Notes: a model not told the origin generated them from the sequence alone. A stretch of DNA of 33,081 nucleotides from Candidatus Hodarchaeota archaeon (GCA_016840035.1 JAEOTC010000069.1:1-33081), one strand, 5' to 3'. Positions 1 to 7,452 are shown, counted from the stretch's first letter. Translations and numbers: made by a program.

Positions 1-722
1 AAGATCGGGATTATCAACCCGATTGCAAATCCAGAAAGGACTCCTACTAGAAGAAACGCTCGCATATAAGGGGTCACATTCTCTACAATGCCAGATAGTC
101 TATCCATTTTTGATTGGTCAATATCCTGAATATTGATATCATTTACAAAAATTACAACAAAAATAGTGGCAAGAAAGCCTAATATTCCAGTGAAAGCAAA
201 AGGAATAATAAATGCTGTCAGGACATTAAACATAAATATATCAGTTCCGATCTTAAACAATATTCCTCCTAATGCAGGACCAATGATAAATCCAAAGGAG
301 AATGTAGTGAAATATTTCCCCATCCATGCCCCTCGTTCTTTTACAGCCACAGAATCAACCAACAAAGCTTCAGCAGTAGGAAAAGCAGCTCCAGCTGATG
401 CTCCTTCAATAACTCTGAGAAGTAATAATGATTCAAATGTGCGTGAAAATCCTAGAAGGGTGGTACTAAATGCATAGGTAAGTAATGCTAAGATTAGGAT
501 GATTTTCCTCCCAATTCGATCAGACAATGCAGGGACAAAAGCCGCTGAAAACGCACGTGAAACTGCAAATATTGAGATTACTAGGCCAATTTCAAGAGGA
601 CGAAGGTTGATTTCATCCGCAAGCAATGTTATGAATATTGCCAGTAACCCAAATCCGATATTAACAATCTGGGATGCGAATAACAGCATATAAGCATTTT
701 TAACTAATGTTTTTTGTACCAT
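1..722 (-). CDS. MFS transporter (partial, runs off window start)
   Basis: Read manually on the minus strand from ATG at 722: MVQKTLVKNAYMLLFASQIVNIGFG... It contains a motif A-like ALSDRIGRK, then LLRVIEGASAG, ERGAWMG and GFIIGPALGG, with multiple TM helices. Not in the ORF track because it has no stop in the window. Confidence 0.9.
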   Translation of the reverse strand, partial: MVQKTLVKNAYMLLFASQIVNIGFGLLAIFITLLADEINLRPLEIGLVISIFAVSRAFSAAFVPALSDRIGRKIILILALLTYAFSTTLLGFSRTFESLLLLRVIEGASAGAAFPTAEALLVDSVAVKERGAWMGKYFTTFSFGFIIGPALGGILFKIGTDIFMFNVLTAFIIPFAFTGILGFLATIFVVIFVNDINIQDIDQSKMDRLSGIVENVTPYMRAFLLVGVLSGFAIGLIIPI

Positions 723-941
723 ATTCAGTCCGTCTCATTTGTTTGGCTAAAAAAAAATGGTAAATAAGCACCAACCAATTTTACGATAAGACACAGGCAT
801 GGAAATTTCCTCTTGAAAATCATTCAAACTTAAATCAATGTTATTATTTTACATTTCAATCTACTGAAAACTCAAGTATTCTGTTTTTAACAATGTATAA
901 ATCACTTTTTCATAAAGATAGAACACGGTACGAGAATTAAG

Positions 942-1406
942 GTGACAAGAAGTATGTTGAAAATTGGAGACACAGCCCCTGAATTTGAAGTTTTAACTCA
1001 TTCTGGATCTAAAGTGAGTTCAAACGAACTAAAAGAGAAAAAGTATGTAATCTATTTCTATCCTAAGGATAATACTCCTGGATGTACAAAGGAAGCTTGT
1101 TCATTCCGCGATAATTACCAAGCGTTCATAGATAGAGGAATCCCTGTATTTGGAGTCTCAGGAGGGACCTCACAATCACATCAGAACTTTATCGATAAAT
1201 ACGATCTTCCTTTTCCGTTATTGATGGATGAAAAGCTCGAACTAGCACGAAAGTATGGTGCCTATAAACAAGGTAATCGAGTGGCCAGGATAACTTATCT
1301 TGTGAATGAGGAAGGAATAATTGAAGGTATATTCGGCCTAAAAGGGTTTGATAAAGTCAAATCTGCAGAACATGCAACTCAGATTATTGATTTCTGGAAA
1401 TTATGA
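942..1406 (+). CDS. bcp: Peroxiredoxin, BCP/PrxQ family
   Basis: YFYPKDNTPGCTKEACSFRD (PxxxTxxC plus resolving Cys), FPLLMD, RITYLVN. Start may be ATG 954. Confidence 0.93.
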   Translation: MTRSMLKIGDTAPEFEVLTHSGSKVSSNELKEKKYVIYFYPKDNTPGCTKEACSFRDNYQAFIDRGIPVFGVSGGTSQSHQNFIDKYDLPFPLLMDEKLELARKYGAYKQGNRVARITYLVNEEGIIEGIFGLKGFDKVKSAEHATQIIDFWKL

Positions 1407-1430
1407 TGGATGAAAAACCAAGAATTGGGA

Positions 1431-1811
1431 TTATTTCAGCCGTTCTGGGATATTCTCCCATATCTTCGGGTTCTGACGAACTAAAAATTCAATCGCATCA
1501 GAAAATGTATATCCAGACTTATTGACTTCTACTTTAATACGACTTAAGATTGTGTGAGCGTCTGGTCGTAATAGAATTGTCTTTGAACTCTTTTTTACCT
1601 TGTCCTCTCCAGGAATTTTGGATTCAATTCTATGTCGACCCTCATCATAACCTTTAAGGGCACTTTCTAGTGATTTCGTTCTGTCATAGATCGTGGCATC
1701 TAATTTCAGCAGAACTTCACTATAAGACTTTTCTTTCAGCTCAAATTTAGCCCAGCGAAGCATTTCCCATGCTTTACTAGAGATCTTTACATTTTGAGCT
1801 TCTTTCGACAC
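1431..1811 (-). CDS. Tandem ribbon-helix-helix-like (DUF217/antitoxin-like) protein, putative transcription regulator
   Basis: Two internal copies of a beta-helix-helix pattern: QNVKISSKAWEMLRWAK...SYSEVLLKL and KTILLRPDAHTILSRIK...TFSDAIEFL. Divergent from the Ubl operon. Confidence 0.6.
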   Translation of the reverse strand: MSKEAQNVKISSKAWEMLRWAKFELKEKSYSEVLLKLDATIYDRTKSLESALKGYDEGRHRIESKIPGEDKVKKSSKTILLRPDAHTILSRIKVEVNKSGYTFSDAIEFLVRQNPKIWENIPERLK

Positions 1812-1867
1812 AAAATCTACCTCTTATGATTAAGATATTACACTTTACCTTTAAAAACTTTATGTGT

Positions 1868-1935
1868 GTTACGTGTATTTCGTAAGTCTTATATATGGAG
1901 TGAGTTACGTAGGTTACATGAATTCCATGTAAGTC
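1868..1935. promoter_or_regulatory. Divergent promoter region with TATA-like box and two related palindromes
   Basis: TTACG-N7-CGTAA (1869-1885) and TTACATG-N5-CATGTAA (1914-1932), both framed as GTTAC...GTAAGTC. A third GTTACGT lies at 1904-1910 and TTATATAT at 1889-1896. Confidence 0.55.
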
Positions 1936-1980
1936 AGAAAAATGGGATTCGAGAACAAACGAAAAAAAAGTGAATAAAAA

Positions 1981-2334
1981 ATGAGTGACTTTGAAGATTT
2001 AGATTTTGATCTTGAAGAAACAACAACTGTAAAGGCTAAAACCCCTGCACAGTCAAAAACACCCGTAACTGGGGCAACCTCTGGACCAAAGAAGAATGTT
2101 TTCTTTAAATCTACTGTCGGTCCTGAGAGAACGGAAAAACTCTCTGTTGGTGAAAATACACCTGTACGAGATGTTCGTGACACTTTGGCCAATATTTTTG
2201 GTCTAGATCCTGATGACTTCCACCTTTCTCATGCAGGAAGAACTCTTGACGAAAGTGCACCAATTGGAGATTATGGAATCGAAAATGGTGATGAAATCCT
2301 CTTAATTCCTCATTCAACCGCAGGTTGGAGGTAA
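1981..2334 (+). CDS. Ubiquitin-like modifier 1 (beta-grasp; pro-form ending STAG-WR; acidic N-terminal arm)
   Basis: Ub-like pattern: VRDVRDTLANIFGLDPDDFHLSHAGRTLDE..IGDYGIENGDEILLIP, compared with Ub QRLIFAGKQLED..LSDYNI. Located upstream of E1/E2/JAB/RING genes. Confidence 0.88.
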   Translation: MSDFEDLDFDLEETTTVKAKTPAQSKTPVTGATSGPKKNVFFKSTVGPERTEKLSVGENTPVRDVRDTLANIFGLDPDDFHLSHAGRTLDESAPIGDYGIENGDEILLIPHSTAGWR

Positions 2335-2336
2335 TC

Positions 2337-2368
2337 TGAGGATAACCTCACCTTTTCCCAATTTTTCT
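2337..2368 (+). terminator. Short hairpin plus pyrimidine tract after Ubl1
   Basis: TGAGG-ATAA-CCTCA (2337-2350) followed by ccttttcccaatttttct. Confidence 0.35.
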
Positions 2369-2583
2369 AGAAATAAAATGATCCTTTAAATTAAAATTAG
2401 TCTTAAACTCTTCAGTTCCAAGTAAGCAGCATTAATTCGCAGATTCAGATAGATATTTATGGAATGAGAACGATGAAAATGATAGTATTCTCTCTACATG
2501 TTTTCAGAAGTAAATCGGAATCTTCTGCAATAGATGAGTACTCTCCAAAGCTTATCGTGGAGGATACAAGGGAAGCTGTCATT

Positions 2584-2931
2584 ATGTTAGAAAATGAAGA
2601 GTTTATTGAATTTGAAGAAGAGGAGGAGGAACAGAATGATCCCTCAATCCAATCGAAAGTTCCACAATCTAAAACCCCAACTGGTGAACGAATTTCTCTA
2701 TTTTTTAGGTCAACAATTGGACCTGGTGAAAAACAGGAGAAATTAACAGTTGATCCAGAAATGTCTGTGCGTGAATTAGCAGAAACAATAGGTGAAATTT
2801 TTGCTTTAGACCCACAGGATTTTCACTTATCTATTAGTGGTCGAACATTGGACTCGGATGATGTTCTATCTAATTATGATCTCGAAGATGGGCTAGAAGT
2901 CCTAATAATCCCTGTAAGTACCGCAGGATAG
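2584..2931 (+). CDS. Ubiquitin-like modifier 2 (paralogue of Ubl1, ends STAG-stop)
   Basis: Clear paralogue: FFRSTIGP, EKLTV, IFALDPQDFHLSISGRTLD, LIIPVSTAG. ATG 2584 gives 115 aa, close to Ubl1's length. The ORF-track start at 2464 is probably over-extended. Confidence 0.88.
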   Translation: MLENEEFIEFEEEEEEQNDPSIQSKVPQSKTPTGERISLFFRSTIGPGEKQEKLTVDPEMSVRELAETIGEIFALDPQDFHLSISGRTLDSDDVLSNYDLEDGLEVLIIPVSTAG

Positions 2932-2956
2932 TCTTAATACTAGAGGAATAACCATT

Positions 2957-4195
2957 ATGACAAATTTCACGAGTAAAGCTCTTACAAAAGAAGAAAAACG
3001 ACGATTCGATCGACAATTTCGACTTCCTGGCTGGAATCAGGAAATCCTAAAGCGAAGCTCTGTTCTCATTGCTGGAATTGGAGGATTAGGAGTTGAAATT
3101 GCTAAAAATCTCGCTATGGTCGGTGTAGGGCATTTAATACTCGTGGATTTAGATACTATCGAATATTCTAATCTTAACCGGCAGATACTATTCATTGGAG
3201 CCCCAGAAGGGGCCTCCAAGGCAAAAATGGCTGCAAAGAGACTCAGAGAGATAAACCCATTTATCAAGATTGATGCCTATGATTGTCCTTTACAAGATAT
3301 TCCCCCTCGTATTTACGCCGATGTGGATATGTATATCGCTGGTCTCGACTCTATTGAAGCTAGATCAGAATTGAATCGACGTGCGATCCATAATCAAAAA
3401 TTTCTCATAGATGCAGGGACTGCAGTCTATAATGGGCATACATACGTAATTTCTCCTTTCACCAATGCGTGTTTGGAATGCGATCCTTTAACCGAACGTA
3501 ATCAAGACCAGCTTGGTGCATGTACCTTAGTAGGAAAACCTCGTAGACCCGCTCATTGTATTTTAAAAGGTCAGCTTCAATTCGAGAAAAAAAAGGGCAG
3601 ACCAGTAGATATCCTAAATTCAAAAGAAGTGAATTCTGTGGTTTCATTTGCTAATAATCTCTTGAAGGAATATTTCCCACAACATGAACCGTTCTCTGTG
3701 AATCAGGTGATACAGATAATTGACAATCACGAGCCAACAGTTATCACCATTAATTGTGTGATGGCATCACTTCAATCCCAAGAGGCAGTAAAAATATTAC
3801 ATCACCTACACAGTCCACAGTCTGAAAATCGTTTAGGCAATATCCAATTAAACTATCTAATATATAATGGATTAACGGGAAAATTTTACGAAATAGAAAA
3901 ACCCCGCAATCCGAAATGCGAAATGTGTGGCCAGGAACGAACACCATTATTCCAACTTAAGGTTAAACGTAAGTACCGTTTAACAAAACTAATTCAAAAT
4001 TTTTCTCAAGAGAAGAAGTATCCAATTGACTCCGAATTTCCTCCCATGATGTTTAGGATTGATTCTTCTGAACTCGGTGACATATCTTTAGACCAAACAA
4101 TCTCAGAGGCTGGTATAAGAGATTGTGAAACTGTTCTCGTGACTGGTTTTGATGATGGATCACAAATATATCTCACAATAAATATAGAAGGTTAA
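2957..4195 (+). CDS. Ubiquitin-activating enzyme E1 (ThiF/MoeB adenylation domain, UBA3-like catalytic Cys, probable C-terminal UFD)
   Basis: RFDRQ, GIGGLG, DLDTIEYSNLNRQ, catalytic C189 in CTLVGKPRRPAHCI, Zn-binding CLEC/CEMC, C-terminal ~85-aa Ub-fold-like region. Upstream GAGGA. Confidence 0.93.
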   Translation: MTNFTSKALTKEEKRRFDRQFRLPGWNQEILKRSSVLIAGIGGLGVEIAKNLAMVGVGHLILVDLDTIEYSNLNRQILFIGAPEGASKAKMAAKRLREINPFIKIDAYDCPLQDIPPRIYADVDMYIAGLDSIEARSELNRRAIHNQKFLIDAGTAVYNGHTYVISPFTNACLECDPLTERNQDQLGACTLVGKPRRPAHCILKGQLQFEKKKGRPVDILNSKEVNSVVSFANNLLKEYFPQHEPFSVNQVIQIIDNHEPTVITINCVMASLQSQEAVKILHHLHSPQSENRLGNIQLNYLIYNGLTGKFYEIEKPRNPKCEMCGQERTPLFQLKVKRKYRLTKLIQNFSQEKKYPIDSEFPPMMFRIDSSELGDISLDQTISEAGIRDCETVLVTGFDDGSQIYLTINIEG

Positions 4196-4201
4196 GAAAC
4201 A

Positions 4202-4729
4202 ATGTCAATTCGAATTAAACGCATTGCCGAGGATTATAATCAGCTTAAAACTCTTTACAAGCAGAAAACGATCAAACAGTTGAAAGCTTTTCCAGGCGAG
4301 AAGAAGAGTGTCGAACATATTGCAGTACTCCTTGAAGGACCAAAAGGTACACCATATCAGGGTGGGAAGTTCAAATTGGAAATTAAATTTGGGCCAAACT
4401 ATCCATATTCTCCCCCGTATGTTAGATTACATACAGCTATCTGGCATCCCAACTTTTGGCCGAAACCTGATGAATACAAGGGGAAACGCAATATCTGTCT
4501 TGGATTAGTAGATCCTGACTTAATAGGAAAACCACAGGGATGGTCTCCATCTAAAAACATTACTACGGTAATTTACTCAATTCTAGCAATGTTTAACATA
4601 GACGAAGCTTATACTAATCCCCACGATGTATTCAACAAGAAAGCTGCAATGGAATATCTAAAAGATAAGGGTAAGTTTAAAGAAAAAGCTCGGAAAATTA
4701 CCAAAAAATATGCAAAAAAGAAGTGGTAA
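4202..4729 (+). CDS. Ubiquitin-conjugating enzyme E2
   Basis: GPKGTPYQGGKF, YPYSPP, WHPN (H82-N84), catalytic C99, WSPS. Confidence 0.95.
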   Translation: MSIRIKRIAEDYNQLKTLYKQKTIKQLKAFPGEKKSVEHIAVLLEGPKGTPYQGGKFKLEIKFGPNYPYSPPYVRLHTAIWHPNFWPKPDEYKGKRNICLGLVDPDLIGKPQGWSPSKNITTVIYSILAMFNIDEAYTNPHDVFNKKAAMEYLKDKGKFKEKARKITKKYAKKKW

Positions 4730-4747
4730 GTATCAAATGAGAATTCT

Positions 4748-5584
4748 ATGTCAACAGAAGGTGTTAGCATAATGCCAGAAAAAAAAGATTCTCAATCACG
4801 TAATCTATTTGAGCTTCTTCTTAGGGATACAGCAATGAATTATGATCCTGATAATTCCACTTTAACTTTAAAATTCCCAACCTCTTCTGAAACCAAAGCT
4901 CTTCCCGAAACAAAAGAAACTCTTAACTTAAAGAAGAATATATCACAATCTAAAGAAGCTGTCGAAGATATCGATGACTTAGACCCTGAAATCGATCCTG
5001 TTCGAGTAAAAATACAATTAAAAGCATATATTCGTCTTTGTCTTCATGCATTAAAGTATGCGCATTCATCCATTCCCCAATCTGAGTGGGTAGAAGTAAT
5101 TGGCCTCTTGACAGGTCATATAGAAAACGAAGATACTCCTCTTGCGTGTTTGGTGATAACAGATGCTTTTCCAGTGGGCCATGGAACGAATGTTAATGCT
5201 CAAATTGAGGACCCCCAGAGTATGGTTCGAGTTTTTAATGAAAGTAGAAAGAAAAACGAAATGATACTTGGATGGTACCATTCTCATCCTTCATATGGAG
5301 CATTCATGAGTTCAACTGATTACCAGACACAGGTACGATATCAAAGACTCGGAACAAAAGAGTCTCAATTATCAGCACCAATAGCACTTGTAATAGATCC
5401 AACTCGCATTTCCAGAAGGAGTTATGGATTTAAAATCTTCAGATTGAAAAAAGATTTGAAAAAATGGGAAGAACCTCGTTTTGAAGTTTTAAACTGCTCC
5501 CTAGAAAGTCTTCCGGAATTAATCAGCACCCTGCTACCTTTAGCAGAAGGAAAAACTATGTTCCTGGAATATGATTATGATTGA
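4748..5584 (+). CDS. JAMM/MPN+ metalloprotease (Rpn11/CSN5-like deubiquitinase or Ubl maturase)
   Basis: E116 in EVIGLL; GWYHSHPSYGAFMSSTD matches HxH-x7-S-x2-D; ALVIDPTR; ~85-aa N-terminal extension. Confidence 0.93.
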   Translation: MSTEGVSIMPEKKDSQSRNLFELLLRDTAMNYDPDNSTLTLKFPTSSETKALPETKETLNLKKNISQSKEAVEDIDDLDPEIDPVRVKIQLKAYIRLCLHALKYAHSSIPQSEWVEVIGLLTGHIENEDTPLACLVITDAFPVGHGTNVNAQIEDPQSMVRVFNESRKKNEMILGWYHSHPSYGAFMSSTDYQTQVRYQRLGTKESQLSAPIALVIDPTRISRRSYGFKIFRLKKDLKKWEEPRFEVLNCSLESLPELISTLLPLAEGKTMFLEYDYD

Positions 5585-5607
5585 GAAGATGAGGTCGTGA
5601 AATCTAT

Positions 5608-6714
5608 TTGGTTGGAAGAAATGTCTACATCTCTGTGGTTATCACTGGATTGGTCTTTGCCTTCTTAAGCCAAATTGTGAATCCAGAAAGTTTCATGTCA
5701 ATAACTCTTCTTTATTTTACTCTTGTTTTGGTTTTACTTATTAAATTAATAGATGAATGGCGTTATTATCGTTCGTATAATGCACCACTAGCTTCAGCTA
5801 TTTTTATTAGTATTCCGGCGATGATTGCTATCGGGGGTAGTATCATAGCATTGAATGCTACTTTAGGGGATTCTAATGATATTCTCCAGACTTTGTTTTT
5901 AGAAATGAATCTAAATTTAGAATTTCTTCAGTTGGATTCATTCTATCTTTTCTTAAACCTATTTGGAGCCCTCCTATGTACACCATTTTATGTGGTTTTA
6001 GGTATATTATTTCGTCGATACTACTCTGAAAGATACCCAAATATCTTCATATTCAGAAAGAGATTCCCTTCTGAGTCGATTATTGCATTGAATGTCATTA
6101 TTCTTTTAATTTTCTCTCTAATTTGGATGGAACAAAAAGCCATCGAAATTTCCGCCTTTATTTTCGTATTATTTTGTACAATCATCTTTATTCAGAATTA
6201 TATTCTAAAGATTGTGATTGTTCCATTTAGACGGAGTACTAGAACCACTCCGCGAGTAATACGATCACAAAGTAGAACAATCAGGTCTCCACAAGCATCG
6301 AGGGATGCTAGAAGATCTATTTCTGCGTCATCAAATGTAACACCAAGAGAGAACAGATTAAGTAGATCCTCACAACAATCGACTATTCGTGTAGCTCCTC
6401 CAGTGCAGATACCACGTAGAAGGAAAAGGAAACTTACTCCCGCATTAATTGCTAGTCTGACACCTGCGGGTCAGCATTTATCAAAAGATGATTTTCGATG
6501 TATATTCTGTTATGAGTTTCCAACCGATAAACCAGTAGTTATTTGTCCTCATTGCAGGCATCCAAGTCATGCAGATGAGTTTCAAAAATGGCTCGATGTC
6601 GCTAATATTTGCAGTCGGTGTAATAAACCAATTAATAATATAAAAATGATCAGAATTTCAGGTGCTAGTTATCAGAAAATCATTCAAATGTTTCAAAAGA
6701 AGTACAAAAATTAA
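5608..6714 (+). CDS. Multi-pass membrane protein with C-terminal RING-like finger (putative membrane E3 ligase)
   Basis: About 6 hydrophobic segments in aa 1-205, an Arg/Ser-rich linker, then CIFC-x11-CPHCRHPSHADEFQKWL-x5-CSRC (6499-6621). TTG start downstream of GAGGT. Confidence 0.82.
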   Translation: MVGRNVYISVVITGLVFAFLSQIVNPESFMSITLLYFTLVLVLLIKLIDEWRYYRSYNAPLASAIFISIPAMIAIGGSIIALNATLGDSNDILQTLFLEMNLNLEFLQLDSFYLFLNLFGALLCTPFYVVLGILFRRYYSERYPNIFIFRKRFPSESIIALNVIILLIFSLIWMEQKAIEISAFIFVLFCTIIFIQNYILKIVIVPFRRSTRTTPRVIRSQSRTIRSPQASRDARRSISASSNVTPRENRLSRSSQQSTIRVAPPVQIPRRRKRKLTPALIASLTPAGQHLSKDDFRCIFCYEFPTDKPVVICPHCRHPSHADEFQKWLDVANICSRCNKPINNIKMIRISGASYQKIIQMFQKKYKN

Positions 6715-6732
6715 ACAGGTTATGGGATAAAT

Positions 6733-7317
6733 ATGGCTATACGGCATACAATTGCTTGGTTCATCATGCTTATTGGCGTATCAGCTACTATTTTCTTTTT
6801 TATCCAAAATGAGGATAATCTAGCCCTAAATACACTGTTTATTTCGATTTATACCGCTATTACTATTCTTTATTTTCTTCGAATTTTTTATTATGTAGAT
6901 CATCATGCCACACTCAACGAAATTTACTTTCTATCTCTCGCCAATATCATTCCACTTGTAATAATACTAATAAGCCCATTCTTACCTATTTTTGAGGAAG
7001 CTTTATTGGATTTGGCGATTACTATACAGCCTTCTAATGAGCTCGTTGAGCTTCATATTGCAGTACCTTCATTGTTGGCATTTCCATATCTTATAGTCTC
7101 AACTGCTTTATTGATTCGAAGTTTTACTCGTTATCAGTTTATACGAATAACTTCTCAGTCGGAAAGAGGCCCCTCGGCTGAATGGACTGCAATATTTACT
7201 TTTTTCATCTTTGGATTTCTATTTCTCTTTGCAGGTATATTTGCTTCGGATCTCCTTGGAATTTTATACGGGATCTTTTTCATTTTCTCCGGAATCGGAT
7301 TTTTTTTGGGAAAATAA
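6733..7317 (+). CDS. ~6-TM membrane protein, apparent RING-less paralogue of the E3 membrane domain
   Basis: 18 nt after the RING gene on the same strand. Shares colinear motifs with it (see findings). Confidence 0.75.
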   Translation: MAIRHTIAWFIMLIGVSATIFFFIQNEDNLALNTLFISIYTAITILYFLRIFYYVDHHATLNEIYFLSLANIIPLVIILISPFLPIFEEALLDLAITIQPSNELVELHIAVPSLLAFPYLIVSTALLIRSFTRYQFIRITSQSERGPSAEWTAIFTFFIFGFLFLFAGIFASDLLGILYGIFFIFSGIGFFLGK

Positions 7318-7452
7318 GCATTGATATCTGTTATCCTAGTGAAAATCACGTATTCAAAACTTCTCTAAAGCAGTATGACATCCTTACATTCATTCAGCAA
7401 TTTTCAAGGTAGTTAGTTTGGATTTCTTCTCAACGATTTTCACCATTTGATT

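Noticed and set aside
133-693. Plus-strand ORFs 133-477 and 499-693
   Set aside because: Antisense shadows of the minus-strand MFS transporter.
1914-2317. Minus-strand ORFs 1914-2192 and 2111-2317
   Set aside because: Antisense to Ubl1 with no protein-like features.
2929-2931. Pyrrolysine recoding of the Ubl2 amber codon
   Set aside because: No pyl genes in the window, TAG is used as an ordinary stop by several other genes here, and stopping at TAG yields a sensible mature Gly terminus.
2957-4195. E1 as a MoeB/ThiF cofactor-biosynthesis enzyme
   Set aside because: It has a UBA3-like catalytic Cys segment and a UFD-like tail, sits with E2, JAMM and RING genes, and has no Moco or thiamine genes nearby.
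1981-7317. Bacterial CBASS/Bil/Bub-type antiphage ubiquitin system
   Set aside because: No CD-NTase or effector gene. The E2 (HPN motif), Rpn11/CSN5-like JAMM and RING are eukaryote-like. An antiviral role is not excluded but is unsupported.
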